Shown piece by piece: positions 9,937-19,697 of a stretch of DNA of 64,000 bases (positions are counted from its first letter, which is position 1; each line of letters starts with the position of its first letter). The stretch lies in the NCBI GenBank assembly GCA_963674755.2, contig CAXXVS010000002.1, positions 576,001-640,000 of the forward strand, in the 5' to 3' direction. Position numbers and translations under genes: made by a program. This DNA is from Desulfobacterales bacterium. GTDB lineage: Bacteria > Desulfobacterota > Desulfobacteria > Desulfobacterales > UBA5852. The notes beneath the pieces are model-generated. The model was not told the DNA's origin, ran no database searches, and saw nothing but the letters and a program-made list of their open reading frames with translations.

Positions 9937-10995
9937 TTAAATGAGGTTCAGGGCGTCGATGAGCGCTTTGAGGCGCGCAAGGGCTGACCGGTTGAAATCC
10001 AGGATCAGGCGGGGCAGTTCAAGGGTGTCCGAATCGTCAAACTCCTCGGGCAAGGCCGCCCCCTGCCGGAAGCTTCCCCCTGGAACCAGCAAGTCCTGAA
10101 ACTCTTTTGCGACCTGCGCCAGGGCTTCCTCCGCCAGGCTGCGCTGAAGCCGGATGACCAGCTTTTTATTCACATAGCGCATACTGTGATAGCGACGGTG
10201 GAAGACCTCAATGGTCCGAACGACATGGGAGATGTCGTTGCTGATATCGAAAAGGTTCATATCCTCGGACCGGATATAGCGACAGGCCACCAGGTGTTTT
10301 TCCATGAAATCCCGCCAATCATGCCAGTATTGGCTGCCGGGAACATCCACCATGATGATCGGCTGCGGGTAGTGCTTGCCCGTTTGGCAAAGCGTGAGGG
10401 TCTCCATCCCTTCATCCAGCGTTCCGAAACCGCCGGGGAAGACCACGACGGCGTCCGCCTCTTTCAGAAAGGCGACCTTACGGTTGAAAAAATACTTGTA
10501 GTTGATGTGGCGGGGGTTGCCGGCTACGATCGGGTTGGGTTTTTGTTCGAAGGGCAGACGGATGTTGATGCCGAACGAATGCTCGGGGCCGGCGCCTTCG
10601 TTGACGGCTTGCATAATGCCGGGGCCGCCGCCGGTAATGACCATAAAACCGCTTTCCGCCAGTTGGCGACCTAAATCGTGTGCCATGTGGTAGACCGGAT
10701 GATCGGGGGGCGTCCGGGCGGACCCGAATACGGACACCTTGCGGATATGGCGATAGGGACGGAAGACTTTAGCGGTGAACCGCATTTCTTTCAGGGAGCT
10801 GTTCATCAACTTCAGATCCGCTTTCTCAGGGTTCTCCTGGCCGGCTTTCAAAGCGGCCAAAATCAATTCCCGGACCAAGACCGGTTGCTTAATGCCGCCC
10901 ACCATCGTCATCAATCGTTCGATGGCGTCGTCGGCCGGACCGTTGGTTTTTGTAAAGCTCAATTGCATCTTTTCGGGCAATGTCTCGGTGGTCAT
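9937..10995 (-). CDS. LOG family nucleotide phosphoribohydrolase (long type)
   Basis: VFGSAR, TGGGPGIM, YFFNRK, PGGFGTLDE. Confidence 0.9.
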   Translation of the reverse strand: MTTETLPEKMQLSFTKTNGPADDAIERLMTMVGGIKQPVLVRELILAALKAGQENPEKADLKLMNSSLKEMRFTAKVFRPYRHIRKVSVFGSARTPPDHPVYHMAHDLGRQLAESGFMVITGGGPGIMQAVNEGAGPEHSFGINIRLPFEQKPNPIVAGNPRHINYKYFFNRKVAFLKEADAVVVFPGGFGTLDEGMETLTLCQTGKHYPQPIIMVDVPGSQYWHDWRDFMEKHLVACRYIRSEDMNLFDISNDISHVVRTIEVFHRRYHSMRYVNKKLVIRLQRSLAEEALAQVAKEFQDLLVPGGSFRQGAALPEEFDDSDTLELPRLILDFNRSALARLKALIDALNLI

Positions 10996-11377
10996 AAGCT
11001 GTCCCCGTGAGCGGTAGAGGTTTGATGGGGGCTAAATCCGCTTGCCGATGCTGCGGATGGCCTTAGATTTGAGTTTGTGATGGTAAGTCGCGTACCGGAA
11101 CCGTTGCCGGGCGGCGTTGAGATAGTGACCCACGTCATTTCTAAATCTGCAACCTGCCAGGATGATTGTCAATATAGAGAGGATCAAACCGGACTCCGGT
11201 TTCAACCCGCTGCCATGGAACGAAGGCCGGAGAATGCCAGGGCGTACCGTAAGGTCGAGGCGTTAAAATCGACAAACCCCCATCCAGACCTAACGATTTG
11301 CCGAACCGGATGCGCATTGGCAGGGCAGCCTAAACGGTTCCCCAAGCGCTGGTTTGCCAACCGTGGAAAGCCGCACC

Positions 11378-13015
11378 ATGCAAAGACTTATGCGCAACCT
11401 GTCGACATTTTTTACGGCGATTCTCTCGCGCCGTATCGTACTCTGGGTTTTTCTCAGCGTGATTGCCATTGAGACCATCATTTTTTTCCCTTCCCTGCGC
11501 AATCGCGAGCAAGAATTGCTGGACCAGTTGAAGACCGTCTCGGCGGCCCGCATCGAGGTTTTGCTGAAGGACGAACCAGCCAATACATCGGCCGATGCTT
11601 TACTGGCCCGCATCAAACGCCTCCTGCTGGATGACGTCCTTGTCGGCGCGGCGCTTTATCGAACTGACGGAACGCGGGTCGGGGCCATCGGCGAACCCCC
11701 GGAGCTGGTCATCAACGAAGCCACCGCTCATCTTCGCGATCGTGTCTATCGGTTGGAAAATCGATATGATGTGGCCCTCATCGGGCCGGGTGGGCGGCGG
11801 ATGAAAATCCTCGTCGTGCGCCACGACACTAGTTCGGTGCGCAAGGCTTTGGTGGCCTTCTTCGGACGGATTGCCGGCCTGGTGGTGATCATTTCCATGG
11901 TTGTCACCCTGGGTGCGGTGATGGCCCTGGGCCCCATCGTGGTGCAGCCGATCCTCAAGCTGCGTCGGGATCTGCTGGCCGCCGGCGAGGCGGTTCGCCG
12001 GGACGATCCGCCGCCAACCTTCCTGTCCGCTCAGGTGAAACGATCCGATGAACTGGGTGAAGTTATCGACGCTTTTCAGCGTATGTTCGGCCAGATCACG
12101 GAAGCCATCAACCATCGCAAGGCGGCCGAAGGCCGGTTGCGGGACACCCTGCACCAACTGGAGGATTACTCCCGGACCCTCAACCAGGAACTGGATAAGG
12201 GCCGTGAAATCCAGAAAAATTTTTTGCCGGCGCACCTGTTGGAATTGCCGGGGTGGGAGTTTGCGGCCTATTTCAAACCCGCCCGCCAGGTGGCAGGGGA
12301 TTACTACGACCTTTTCCATCTGCCCGGCAACCGGGTGGGACTGGTGATTGCAGATGTATGTGACAAAGGCGTCGGGGCCGCTCTTTTCATGGCGCTTTTC
12401 CGCAGTCTCATCCGCATTTTTTCAGGGCAGTTCGAAGTCAACGGGGGCACCTGTCCGGGCCGCCGCCTGCCCATGGAAATCACCCCCAACCCCATGGACA
12501 CCGCCACCATCGTCCGTTCGGACCTGGAGATCCTGCAGGCCGTGGTTCATACCAACCGCTACGTGGCCCGCAATCATGGGGATCTGGGAATGTTTGCAAC
12601 GCAGTTTTTCGGCGTGCTGGAACCGGCCTCCGGCGGCCTGGCGTATATCAATGCCGGTCATGAGCCAATTTTGGTGCTGTCCCCCGGCGGTGGTGTCCGT
12701 CAACAGCTCGATGCCACCGGCCCGGCGGTGGGGATCACCGGCGATGCGGTCTTCACGGTACGCCACACCACGATCCGGCCGGGGGAGACGCTCGTCAGCT
12801 ACACCGACGGCATTCCCGAGGCCAGTTCCCGCGAGGGCGAATTTTTCGGGCGGGAGCGTCTGATGGCCCTTCTGGAAGGCTGTTGGACGTCCGCGGCCGA
12901 TCTGGTGAAGGCCATTGCCGGGGAGGTCTCCGCCCATACCGGCGCGGCCGATCAGTTCGATGACATCACCATGCTGGTGGTTCGGCGCGCCAGCCGGTCC
13001 GGTGGACCCCCTTAA
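11378..13015 (+). CDS. Membrane HAMP-SpoIIE (PP2C) phosphatase
   Basis: Two TM helices, HAMP (RSDELGEV), VAGDYYD, IADVCDKG, YTDGI, DDIT. Confidence 0.9.
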   Translation: MQRLMRNLSTFFTAILSRRIVLWVFLSVIAIETIIFFPSLRNREQELLDQLKTVSAARIEVLLKDEPANTSADALLARIKRLLLDDVLVGAALYRTDGTRVGAIGEPPELVINEATAHLRDRVYRLENRYDVALIGPGGRRMKILVVRHDTSSVRKALVAFFGRIAGLVVIISMVVTLGAVMALGPIVVQPILKLRRDLLAAGEAVRRDDPPPTFLSAQVKRSDELGEVIDAFQRMFGQITEAINHRKAAEGRLRDTLHQLEDYSRTLNQELDKGREIQKNFLPAHLLELPGWEFAAYFKPARQVAGDYYDLFHLPGNRVGLVIADVCDKGVGAALFMALFRSLIRIFSGQFEVNGGTCPGRRLPMEITPNPMDTATIVRSDLEILQAVVHTNRYVARNHGDLGMFATQFFGVLEPASGGLAYINAGHEPILVLSPGGGVRQQLDATGPAVGITGDAVFTVRHTTIRPGETLVSYTDGIPEASSREGEFFGRERLMALLEGCWTSAADLVKAIAGEVSAHTGAADQFDDITMLVVRRASRSGGPP

Positions 13016-13030
13016 CCGCTTTAACGCTCT

Positions 13031-14740
13031 TCAGAGACGCCCCGATCGGAAAATGGAGACAATCAGCCAGATGCCAAGCACGGTGGCGATGGAATAGCCG
13101 GTGATGCCGAGCGCGGCGGTAATGGAAAGCGTCGGGCGGCCGAAAAAAGGCAGGGTGAATTCCAGGACTTTCTGGCTGCTGTTTAAAATCAGCGAAGCCG
13201 CGATCGTGGACGCGGAGATCACCGCCCCCACGGTCAGGCGGTTGATGCCCCGTTCAAGCTTCTGGTCGAACTGTTCGAAGCCTCTGTGGCGAAATTCCAG
13301 GTGATACTCGCCTTTGGCGGCCTGACGCAGAATGTCGTTGACATAGCGTGGCATGCGACGGGCGTACTGCCCCAGGGTCCGCGTTTCGCGGCCGATGGTT
13401 TTAAACAATTTGTGGGTGTCGTAGCCCTGCTGCACGAGCTTTTCCGCATAGGGGCGGGTCACTTCGAGGATGTTGGCGTCGCTGTTGAGGATTTTGCCCA
13501 GGGCCTCGGCCTGGATAAAGGTTTTGAGCAGCAGGAGCAGGTTGCGCGGCAGCCGGAGCTGGTAGGTGAGTACCAGGGCGATCACCTGGTCGTAGACCTC
13601 CCGCACCGAGACGGATTGCAGGGAACGGCCGTAGAAGGGCTCACTGATTTCCATGAGATCCCGCCGCAATGCGTCAATATCGAGGGAGGGCTCCCCAAAC
13701 AGGCCGGCGGCTTCCAACGCGTCCATGACCATATCGTAGTCATGCTCGGCATAGCCCAGAAAGAGATTGGCGATCTGGCGCATCAGCGCTTCGTCGATCA
13801 GGCCCGTAATGCCGAAATCCACCAGCCCCACACGGCCGTCGGGCATGACGATGGTGTTGGCCGGGTGCGGATCGGCGTGGAAAAAACCGAATTCCATCAA
13901 TTGCCGGGAAAAGGAGCGCAGCCCGATCAGGGCAATTTCGCGGGGATCGATGCCATAGGCCCTGATGGCGGCGATGTCGTCCATTTTGCAGCCCTCGAGA
14001 TATTCCATCACCAGAACGGCCCGGGTGGTGTAGTCCCAATAGACCCGCGGGATGTGGATCTCATCGGAATCCTCGAAGAGGGTTGCGAATTTTTCAATGC
14101 TGCCGGCCTCGATAACCATATCGAGTTCCCGGAAAATCGTGCGCTCAAATTCCTGAACCAGGTTGACCGCCCCGAGCAGCCGTGCGACCTGGAACCATTT
14201 CTCCAGTTTGCCGGCAAAATAGTACATCAGGCGGATATCCTTCTGGATGATCCGGTCGATGCCGGGCCGGATGATCTTAACGGCCACCTGTTCGCCGCTG
14301 TAAAGGCGGGCCTTGTGGACCTGGGCCACGGACGCCGATCCCCGGGGCGTGGGTTCGAAATCGGCAAACACTTCCGATAGCGGGCGCTTCAACTCGGTTT
14401 CCACCACACGGCGCGCCTGGCGGAAGGGAAACGGGGCCACGCTGTCCTGCAGCTTGCGGAATTCATCGATGTAGGCCGGCGGGAAAATATCGGCGCGGGT
14501 GCTCATCAACTGCCCCAGTTTGATGAAGCTGGGGCCCAGTTCTTCCAGCGCCAGCCGGATGCGTCCGGGGGAGGGGACGCGCAGTGCCGCGGCAGGCGGG
14601 GCTTCGGGGTCATCGCTGCCGGAAGGGTTTCGTCGGAACAAACGCGCCGTAAGATCGGCGATCCCGTATCTGATCATGACGCCGGCGATGGCGAGAAAGC
14701 GCCAGGCGCCTGTTATTCGGCTTCCCCGTGTGCGCTGCAT
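13031..14740 (-). CDS. UbiB/AarF (ABC1) family atypical kinase
   Basis: LGPSFIKLGQ, SASVAQVH, VAVK, FHADPH, DFG; C-terminal TM helices. Confidence 0.9.
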   Translation of the reverse strand: MQRTRGSRITGAWRFLAIAGVMIRYGIADLTARLFRRNPSGSDDPEAPPAAALRVPSPGRIRLALEELGPSFIKLGQLMSTRADIFPPAYIDEFRKLQDSVAPFPFRQARRVVETELKRPLSEVFADFEPTPRGSASVAQVHKARLYSGEQVAVKIIRPGIDRIIQKDIRLMYYFAGKLEKWFQVARLLGAVNLVQEFERTIFRELDMVIEAGSIEKFATLFEDSDEIHIPRVYWDYTTRAVLVMEYLEGCKMDDIAAIRAYGIDPREIALIGLRSFSRQLMEFGFFHADPHPANTIVMPDGRVGLVDFGITGLIDEALMRQIANLFLGYAEHDYDMVMDALEAAGLFGEPSLDIDALRRDLMEISEPFYGRSLQSVSVREVYDQVIALVLTYQLRLPRNLLLLLKTFIQAEALGKILNSDANILEVTRPYAEKLVQQGYDTHKLFKTIGRETRTLGQYARRMPRYVNDILRQAAKGEYHLEFRHRGFEQFDQKLERGINRLTVGAVISASTIAASLILNSSQKVLEFTLPFFGRPTLSITAALGITGYSIATVLGIWLIVSIFRSGRL

Positions 14741-14832
14741 AGATGTATTTTGTCTCCCCTCACGAACAACATTGCTGGCGGGCCAAACCCCGTCTGTTTT
14801 GGAAGCGACGGCGCTATCGGCGGAACCCCTGC

Positions 14833-15090
14833 CTATGCGTCGTTTTCCGGCGGTGTTTCCTCCGCGGCCAGGGCGGTGGGCCATTTACGGCGGATGGCGG
14901 CGATATCTTCCTCGCGGCTGATATAACTCTCCACGTAGCCGCAGGCGCTGCAGACATAGTTGTCGAGCGCCGCCATGGCAGTCAGGCTGATGGGAATGGC
15001 ATTGCAGGAAAAGGGACCGCTTTTGGGAAACACATTCGTCCCGGCGAATACGTCGGAAGATCCGCATTTGGGGCAAGTGCCGCTTTTCAT
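14833..15090 (-). CDS. Small zinc-ribbon protein
   Basis: CPKC...CSACGYVE.Y; GGAGG RBS. Confidence 0.75.
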   Translation of the reverse strand: MKSGTCPKCGSSDVFAGTNVFPKSGPFSCNAIPISLTAMAALDNYVCSACGYVESYISREEDIAAIRRKWPTALAAEETPPENDA

Positions 15091-15329
15091 CGCTGGTTTT
15101 CCTCCCTGATGTGGATGATGACGAGGTGATGTGCTGCTGCCATTGGGAATGATCGGGGGGCAACCCCCAGGAAGCGTATGCCTTCGGGATGGCAACGCTT
15201 TGGCGCGCAGTATGGCCCAATCCCCGGGGCCTGTCAACTCGCACGGCAACGGCCCGATGCCGGGATTCTCCTTGACTTTTGGCAAGCGTCCCTCTATCCA
15301 AAGGCCGGCTTTTACAAGGAGACGAAACG

Positions 15330-15974
15330 TTGGAGGATCGCTATCGACGCTGGCTGGACCGCAAACTGACGGATCGCTGTGTCCAGAATCTGAAACGCAA
15401 TGGATTCGACGCCCGTAGCGCAGCCACCCCCCAAGCCGCGTGCCGCGATATCCTGGCGATGATATCCGAATTCGAGACCTTCGGTATCGGCGGATCGGAA
15501 ACGATTCGGCAGATCGGGATCATCGAAGAACTGCACGGGATGGGTAAATCCATCCTCGATCACCGGCGACCGGAATTGAGTCCCGACGAGGTGCAGGCCG
15601 TGCGACTCGAACAAAGTCGCTGCGATTGTTTTCTATGCAGTGCCAATGCCGTTTCGGCCCGGGGTGAAATCGTCAATGTGGACGGCATTGGCAACCGGGT
15701 GGCCGCCATGACCTTCGGCCCCCGCAAGGTCGTCATCGTGGCCGGGGTCAACAAGATCGTCCCCGACCTGGACCAGGCCTTGCAGCGTGTCCGTCAGATT
15801 GCCGGACCGATGCGGGCTAAAAGTCTGGGGATGGACACCCCCTGTGCCGAAACCGGTGCGTGCGCCGACTGCCATTCCCCCCAGCGAATCTGCCGGATTA
15901 CGACCATCCTTCACCGCCGCCCCATGTTGACCGATATCGCCGTCGTCCTGGTGGGTGCGGATCTGGGATTCTAG
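15330..15974 (+). CDS. LUD-domain (lactate utilization-like) protein
   Basis: GGSET, SANA, VNVDGIGNRVAA, GVNKIV, C-terminal Cys cluster; TTG start after AAGGAG. Confidence 0.85.
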   Translation: MEDRYRRWLDRKLTDRCVQNLKRNGFDARSAATPQAACRDILAMISEFETFGIGGSETIRQIGIIEELHGMGKSILDHRRPELSPDEVQAVRLEQSRCDCFLCSANAVSARGEIVNVDGIGNRVAAMTFGPRKVVIVAGVNKIVPDLDQALQRVRQIAGPMRAKSLGMDTPCAETGACADCHSPQRICRITTILHRRPMLTDIAVVLVGADLGF

Positions 15975-16039
15975 CCCGGGCTAAAGCACGGGCCGCTAAA
16001 ACCGATTTCGGATAACCAACGACCGCCGCAGATTTTACG

Positions 16040-16522
16040 ATGCCGGAACCAATCTCGCTATCAGAGCCCTTCTGGGAAAAACTTCCCATGGCCGCCATGA
16101 ATCGGGACCAATGGGAAGCGCTGTGCGACCGTTGCGGCCGCTGCTGCCTGGAAAAGCTGACCAACCGGCGCAACGGCAAAGTCTACTACACGTCCATCGC
16201 CTGTTCCCTGCTGGACAAGACGTCCTGCCAGTGCCGGGACTACCGGCACCGCCACCACCAGGTCCCCAACTGCATTCGTTTGACGACACGCAATCTCGGT
16301 GTCTGCCGCTGGTTGCCCCGCACCTGCGCCTATCGTCTGTTGTGGGAGGGGCATGCCCTGCCTGACTGGCATCCCCTGGTCTCCGGACGTCCGGAATCGG
16401 TGCATGAGGCTGGTATATCGATTCGCGGCCGCCGTCTGCACACCTTGCCCGCCGACCACGAACCATTGGAAAACTACATTGTCGATTGGGGCATCTGGAG
16501 CAAGAAAGCCCGGTGCGATTGA
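16040..16522 (+). CDS. YcgN family cysteine-cluster protein
   Basis: WEALCDRCGRCCLEK, WLPRTCAYR, WHPLVSG. Confidence 0.9.
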   Translation: MPEPISLSEPFWEKLPMAAMNRDQWEALCDRCGRCCLEKLTNRRNGKVYYTSIACSLLDKTSCQCRDYRHRHHQVPNCIRLTTRNLGVCRWLPRTCAYRLLWEGHALPDWHPLVSGRPESVHEAGISIRGRRLHTLPADHEPLENYIVDWGIWSKKARCD

Positions 16523-16723
16523 AGCCCCTTCCTCGACGGCACATTGCAGCCCCCGGCGGTGTTCGCGCCTGTTTACGATCTTCGTTGCGCCCCTGATGAT
16601 CATCAGATGATCACCAGATGGTCACAAGGGGACGGCTTGCCATTCGGCAAGAACGCCTTATGGTGTCCTGCGGACCGCATGGAGCGGTCCTTTTTCCACA
16701 GAAACAACCATAAGGATGGTGCC

Positions 16724-16918
16724 ATGAAACATCGGGATCATTTCAATACGGCGGATTTCATGTCTGTTCCGGAAGCGGCCCGCTATCTCGGGGTCGGCCG
16801 CAAGATGATATACCAGCTGATCGAGAACGGGGATTTGGGCTTCACCCGCGAACGGGGGGCCGTCCGCATCCTGACCGAAACCGTGGTGGCGTTTCGCGAG
16901 GGCGGTCGGATGGTGTGA
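16724..16918 (+). CDS. Excisionase-family helix-turn-helix DNA-binding protein
   Basis: MSVPEAARYLGVGRKMIYQLIENG. Confidence 0.8.
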   Translation: MKHRDHFNTADFMSVPEAARYLGVGRKMIYQLIENGDLGFTRERGAVRILTETVVAFREGGRMV

Positions 16919-16938
16919 CGCGCACCCTGCAAGGCAGG

Positions 16939-17511
16939 TCAACGGGGATGTTTCCAGCGGATGGGGGAGACATAGGCATCCCCCTGCCGCCACATGCCGG
17001 TTTGCGAACGCCGGGCCCGTTCTTCATCGGCCAGGTAGGGGGCCTTGTCGAAGGCCTCCGGCGTGCGCCCCCGGTAGACTTCGGCCAGGCCGGCCTGGAG
17101 CATGGCGCGGTTGACATCCTGACCGTTGCAATAGACCACGGCCAGACTGCGGCCGTAGCGGTCTTGGCCGTAGACCCTGAGCCTGACAGAATGGTTCAGA
17201 ACAAGGGCGGCCAGGTGCCGCTGGGATTTACGGCTGTAAGGCTGACCGGGCTCCCCTTTGCCCTTGGAGGTCTCCGGGGCATCGATTCCCAGAAGACGAA
17301 TCGTCTTCTTCCCGTCAATCCCTTTAACCAGGATGGTATCGCCGTCGAATACCCTGATAACGGTGCAGACGGGGCCGCTTTCAGCGGCGGAGGAACGGAC
17401 GGCGCCCACGAGGAGCAATCCGACCAAGGCACTCAGCAAAATGCTTCCGTATCGTCCGGCGGCATTTTTCGGTCCCGGCCAGGGCCTTTCCAAAACCGAT
17501 TTTATGACCAC
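16939..17511 (-). CDS. Thermonuclease (SNase) family secreted nuclease
   Basis: DGDT, IRLLGIDAPE, DRYGR motifs; N-terminal hydrophobic signal. Start uncertain. Confidence 0.9.
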   Translation of the reverse strand: MVIKSVLERPWPGPKNAAGRYGSILLSALVGLLLVGAVRSSAAESGPVCTVIRVFDGDTILVKGIDGKKTIRLLGIDAPETSKGKGEPGQPYSRKSQRHLAALVLNHSVRLRVYGQDRYGRSLAVVYCNGQDVNRAMLQAGLAEVYRGRTPEAFDKAPYLADEERARRSQTGMWRQGDAYVSPIRWKHPR

Positions 17512-17878
17512 AACAGGCGCCCTCTTTCTCCCCTATCGATGTTTGCCGATATCGTGTCGCTTTGGCGGCCGCACCTTCTCACGAATATCTCGCCTAGATC
17601 GCCGGCCGGCACCCTAACCGCTTCTGAAACATACCGGTGCGGATCATCGGCATTTCTCTCTCCGGGAAGACTTGGCCCATCATTTGTCATGGTCATTATA
17701 GTGGGATTAACCATTGACATAACATGACATTTTTTTTATCGGAACTACGATAGAGGGTAGTTCAAAGGCTGTCAAGGGCTCCCTGGGAAAGGACAGGCAA
17801 CGCCGATGCGCCCCCGCACCAACAAGACCTCCGAATCCACCGGCCGACCGGAGCATCTGAAAAAGGCCGTCCGAGGAA

Positions 17879-18364
17879 ATGACCATGTTTAACTTGCGCG
17901 ATATACTGGATATGGCCATCCAAATTGAACACAACGGGGAAGCGGTCTACCGTAAGGCCCTGGCGCGGGCCGCGGATCCGGAATTTGTGGAAATGCTGTC
18001 CTGGATGGCGGAGGAAGAATCCCGGCATGCCCGTCACTTTGACGCCATCCGGCAAAAGCTGACCACTGAAGACGATAACTTGCTGATGGACGAACTGGGC
18101 CGGTTGATGATGGAAAATATTGTAGGGAATCGCAGCTTCTCGCTGGAGGAGGTCGATTTCAGCAAGGTCGACGACGTCAACGGTCTCCTGCGGATCATGA
18201 TCACATTTGAAAAGGATACGGTTGAATTCTATAATATTTTCCGTAACTTTCTTACGGATACCAAAGAACAAGCCTGTCTGGACGCTATCATTGCCGATGA
18301 ACAGGCACATATCCTCAAACTGGAGGAATGCCGCGACAAGAACCTGGCCTGTCACAAGACCTGA
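17879..18364 (+). CDS. Rubrerythrin/ferritin-like diiron protein
   Basis: AIQIE..G..Y, EESRH, FE....FY, DEQAH. Confidence 0.85.
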   Translation: MTMFNLRDILDMAIQIEHNGEAVYRKALARAADPEFVEMLSWMAEEESRHARHFDAIRQKLTTEDDNLLMDELGRLMMENIVGNRSFSLEEVDFSKVDDVNGLLRIMITFEKDTVEFYNIFRNFLTDTKEQACLDAIIADEQAHILKLEECRDKNLACHKT

Positions 18365-18390
18365 AGCGATGATCCCTCAAAGGGCAGCTG

Positions 18391-18990
18391 TCAGGGAGAC
18401 TTGTGCTCGCGATAGTGGGTGACGAGCTCGTCCACCGACCGGCCATCGGGGGCCATCGCCAGGGGGTTGATTTTCAGGAGTCCCTCCCAGGCCTGTATGG
18501 CCCCTTTCCGGTCGTTGAGATCGTGGAGCAGGACAACGCCCTTGTTGAAGCGGGGGGTTTCGAGCTGCGGGTCGAGGGCGATGGCACGGTCGAATTCCCG
18601 CACGGCGTCCTCGGGCCGCTTGGCGCGTCGGTACATTACGCCCAGGTCGGTATGCACTGTTGCGTCATCGGGGGCCAGGGCCAAGGCTTTCTCATAGGCC
18701 TCGATGGCTTCCGGCACGGCATTGCGGTCAAAATTAAGGTGCCCGAGCTGGATCCACGAGGCGACATCATTCGGGTTCTGGCGCACTTTGGCTTCCAGGG
18801 CTTCGAGCATGCGGGCCCGCCCTTCATCTGCGGTGCTGTTGGCCACTTGGGCCGGGGGCAGGTCGGAACTCGTCTTATAGATCCCGAACACCAGCCCACC
18901 GAAAAATCCCACCATGAGGGCCAGAACGACCGATGTCATGAGGGTCTGTTGGGTGACATAGGCGTTGCGGGGGGAACTCTTCTGGGACAT
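18391..18990 (-). CDS. Membrane-anchored TPR protein (CcmI/CycH-like)
   Basis: N-terminal TM followed by TPR repeats (WIQLGHLNFD, HTDLGVMYR, FNKGVVL); AAGGAG RBS. Confidence 0.85.
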   Translation of the reverse strand: MSQKSSPRNAYVTQQTLMTSVVLALMVGFFGGLVFGIYKTSSDLPPAQVANSTADEGRARMLEALEAKVRQNPNDVASWIQLGHLNFDRNAVPEAIEAYEKALALAPDDATVHTDLGVMYRRAKRPEDAVREFDRAIALDPQLETPRFNKGVVLLHDLNDRKGAIQAWEGLLKINPLAMAPDGRSVDELVTHYREHKSP

Positions 18991-19027
18991 CGGGTACTCC
19001 TTGTTTTTAACATTTCACCGGGCGGCC

Positions 19028-19126
19028 TCAGGGATGGCCGGGGATATCCAACTCGTACCCCGCCACCGGCCCCGTAAGGTGCCCGGACCGGAAAGCATCA
19101 GCAGGTCCACCACGAAATCAACTCAT
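19028..19126 (-). CDS. Candidate 32-aa selenopeptide MSUFRGGPADAFRSGHLTGPVAGYELDIPGHP (UGA at codon 3)
   Basis: AGGAGG RBS 6 nt before ATG; ATG-AGT-TGA followed by 29 open codons; GGACC/GGTCC hairpin 9 nt after the UGA. Confidence 0.5.
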
Positions 19127-19164
19127 CGTGCGCCTCCTGGTTGACGTCCCATAGAGGCTTCTCT

Positions 19165-19194
19165 ATCATACGCCATAGACGCTGCCTTAGACAA
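19165..19194 (-). promoter_or_regulatory. Sigma-70 promoter for the MSU peptide-TPR unit
   Basis: TTGTCT-N18-TATGAT on the minus strand. Confidence 0.6.
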
Positions 19195-19439
19195 TGCCCT
19201 TGTGCTGGTCGCACAAAAGTGACAGCACACCATGCCGCAGGGCGGCAACTGCTCCCGGGGCGGACAGAACCGTTGGGACAAATGCGAGGCGCCTAACACC
19301 TGGAGGGGGGGACCGCCGTATTCACGGGCCGGGTTCACAACCGTAAAAAAACAACAGGGCCGCCGCGGGGTCCGGGTTTCCTCTCCCGGCAGCGCACGCG
19401 GCCGCAAAATACAGCCGAAAGGAACCGCTGGTGATTATC

Positions 19440-19658
19440 ATGGTCGCTGAAGTAAGTGCCCGGGGGGAGCTCAAGCAGGGCGTGGTGACATTGACCCTGT
19501 CCCAAGAGCCGGATGGCTGGACCTATCGGGTGGACGGCATGCAGGACGGAGGCTTTACCCTTGCGTGGCGCGCCCGCTCTCCGGAGGGGGCCTCCCGCAA
19601 ATTACAGGATGTCTATGACCCGGCCACTTGGGATATGACGGTCCGGCAGGCGGAATAA
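19440..19658 (+). CDS. Small hypothetical protein
   Basis: 72-aa ORF with protein-like composition directly upstream of the Lon-like gene. Confidence 0.55.
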   Translation: MVAEVSARGELKQGVVTLTLSQEPDGWTYRVDGMQDGGFTLAWRARSPEGASRKLQDVYDPATWDMTVRQAE

Positions 19659-19697
19659 ACGGCGGAAACGCCCAACCCTTTCCGAGAGGATGACCCT

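Noticed and set aside
16724..17511. Prophage/ICE remnant (excisionase-like HTH plus nuclease)
   Set aside because: No integrase, att repeats or composition shift; both families occur as ordinary chromosomal genes.
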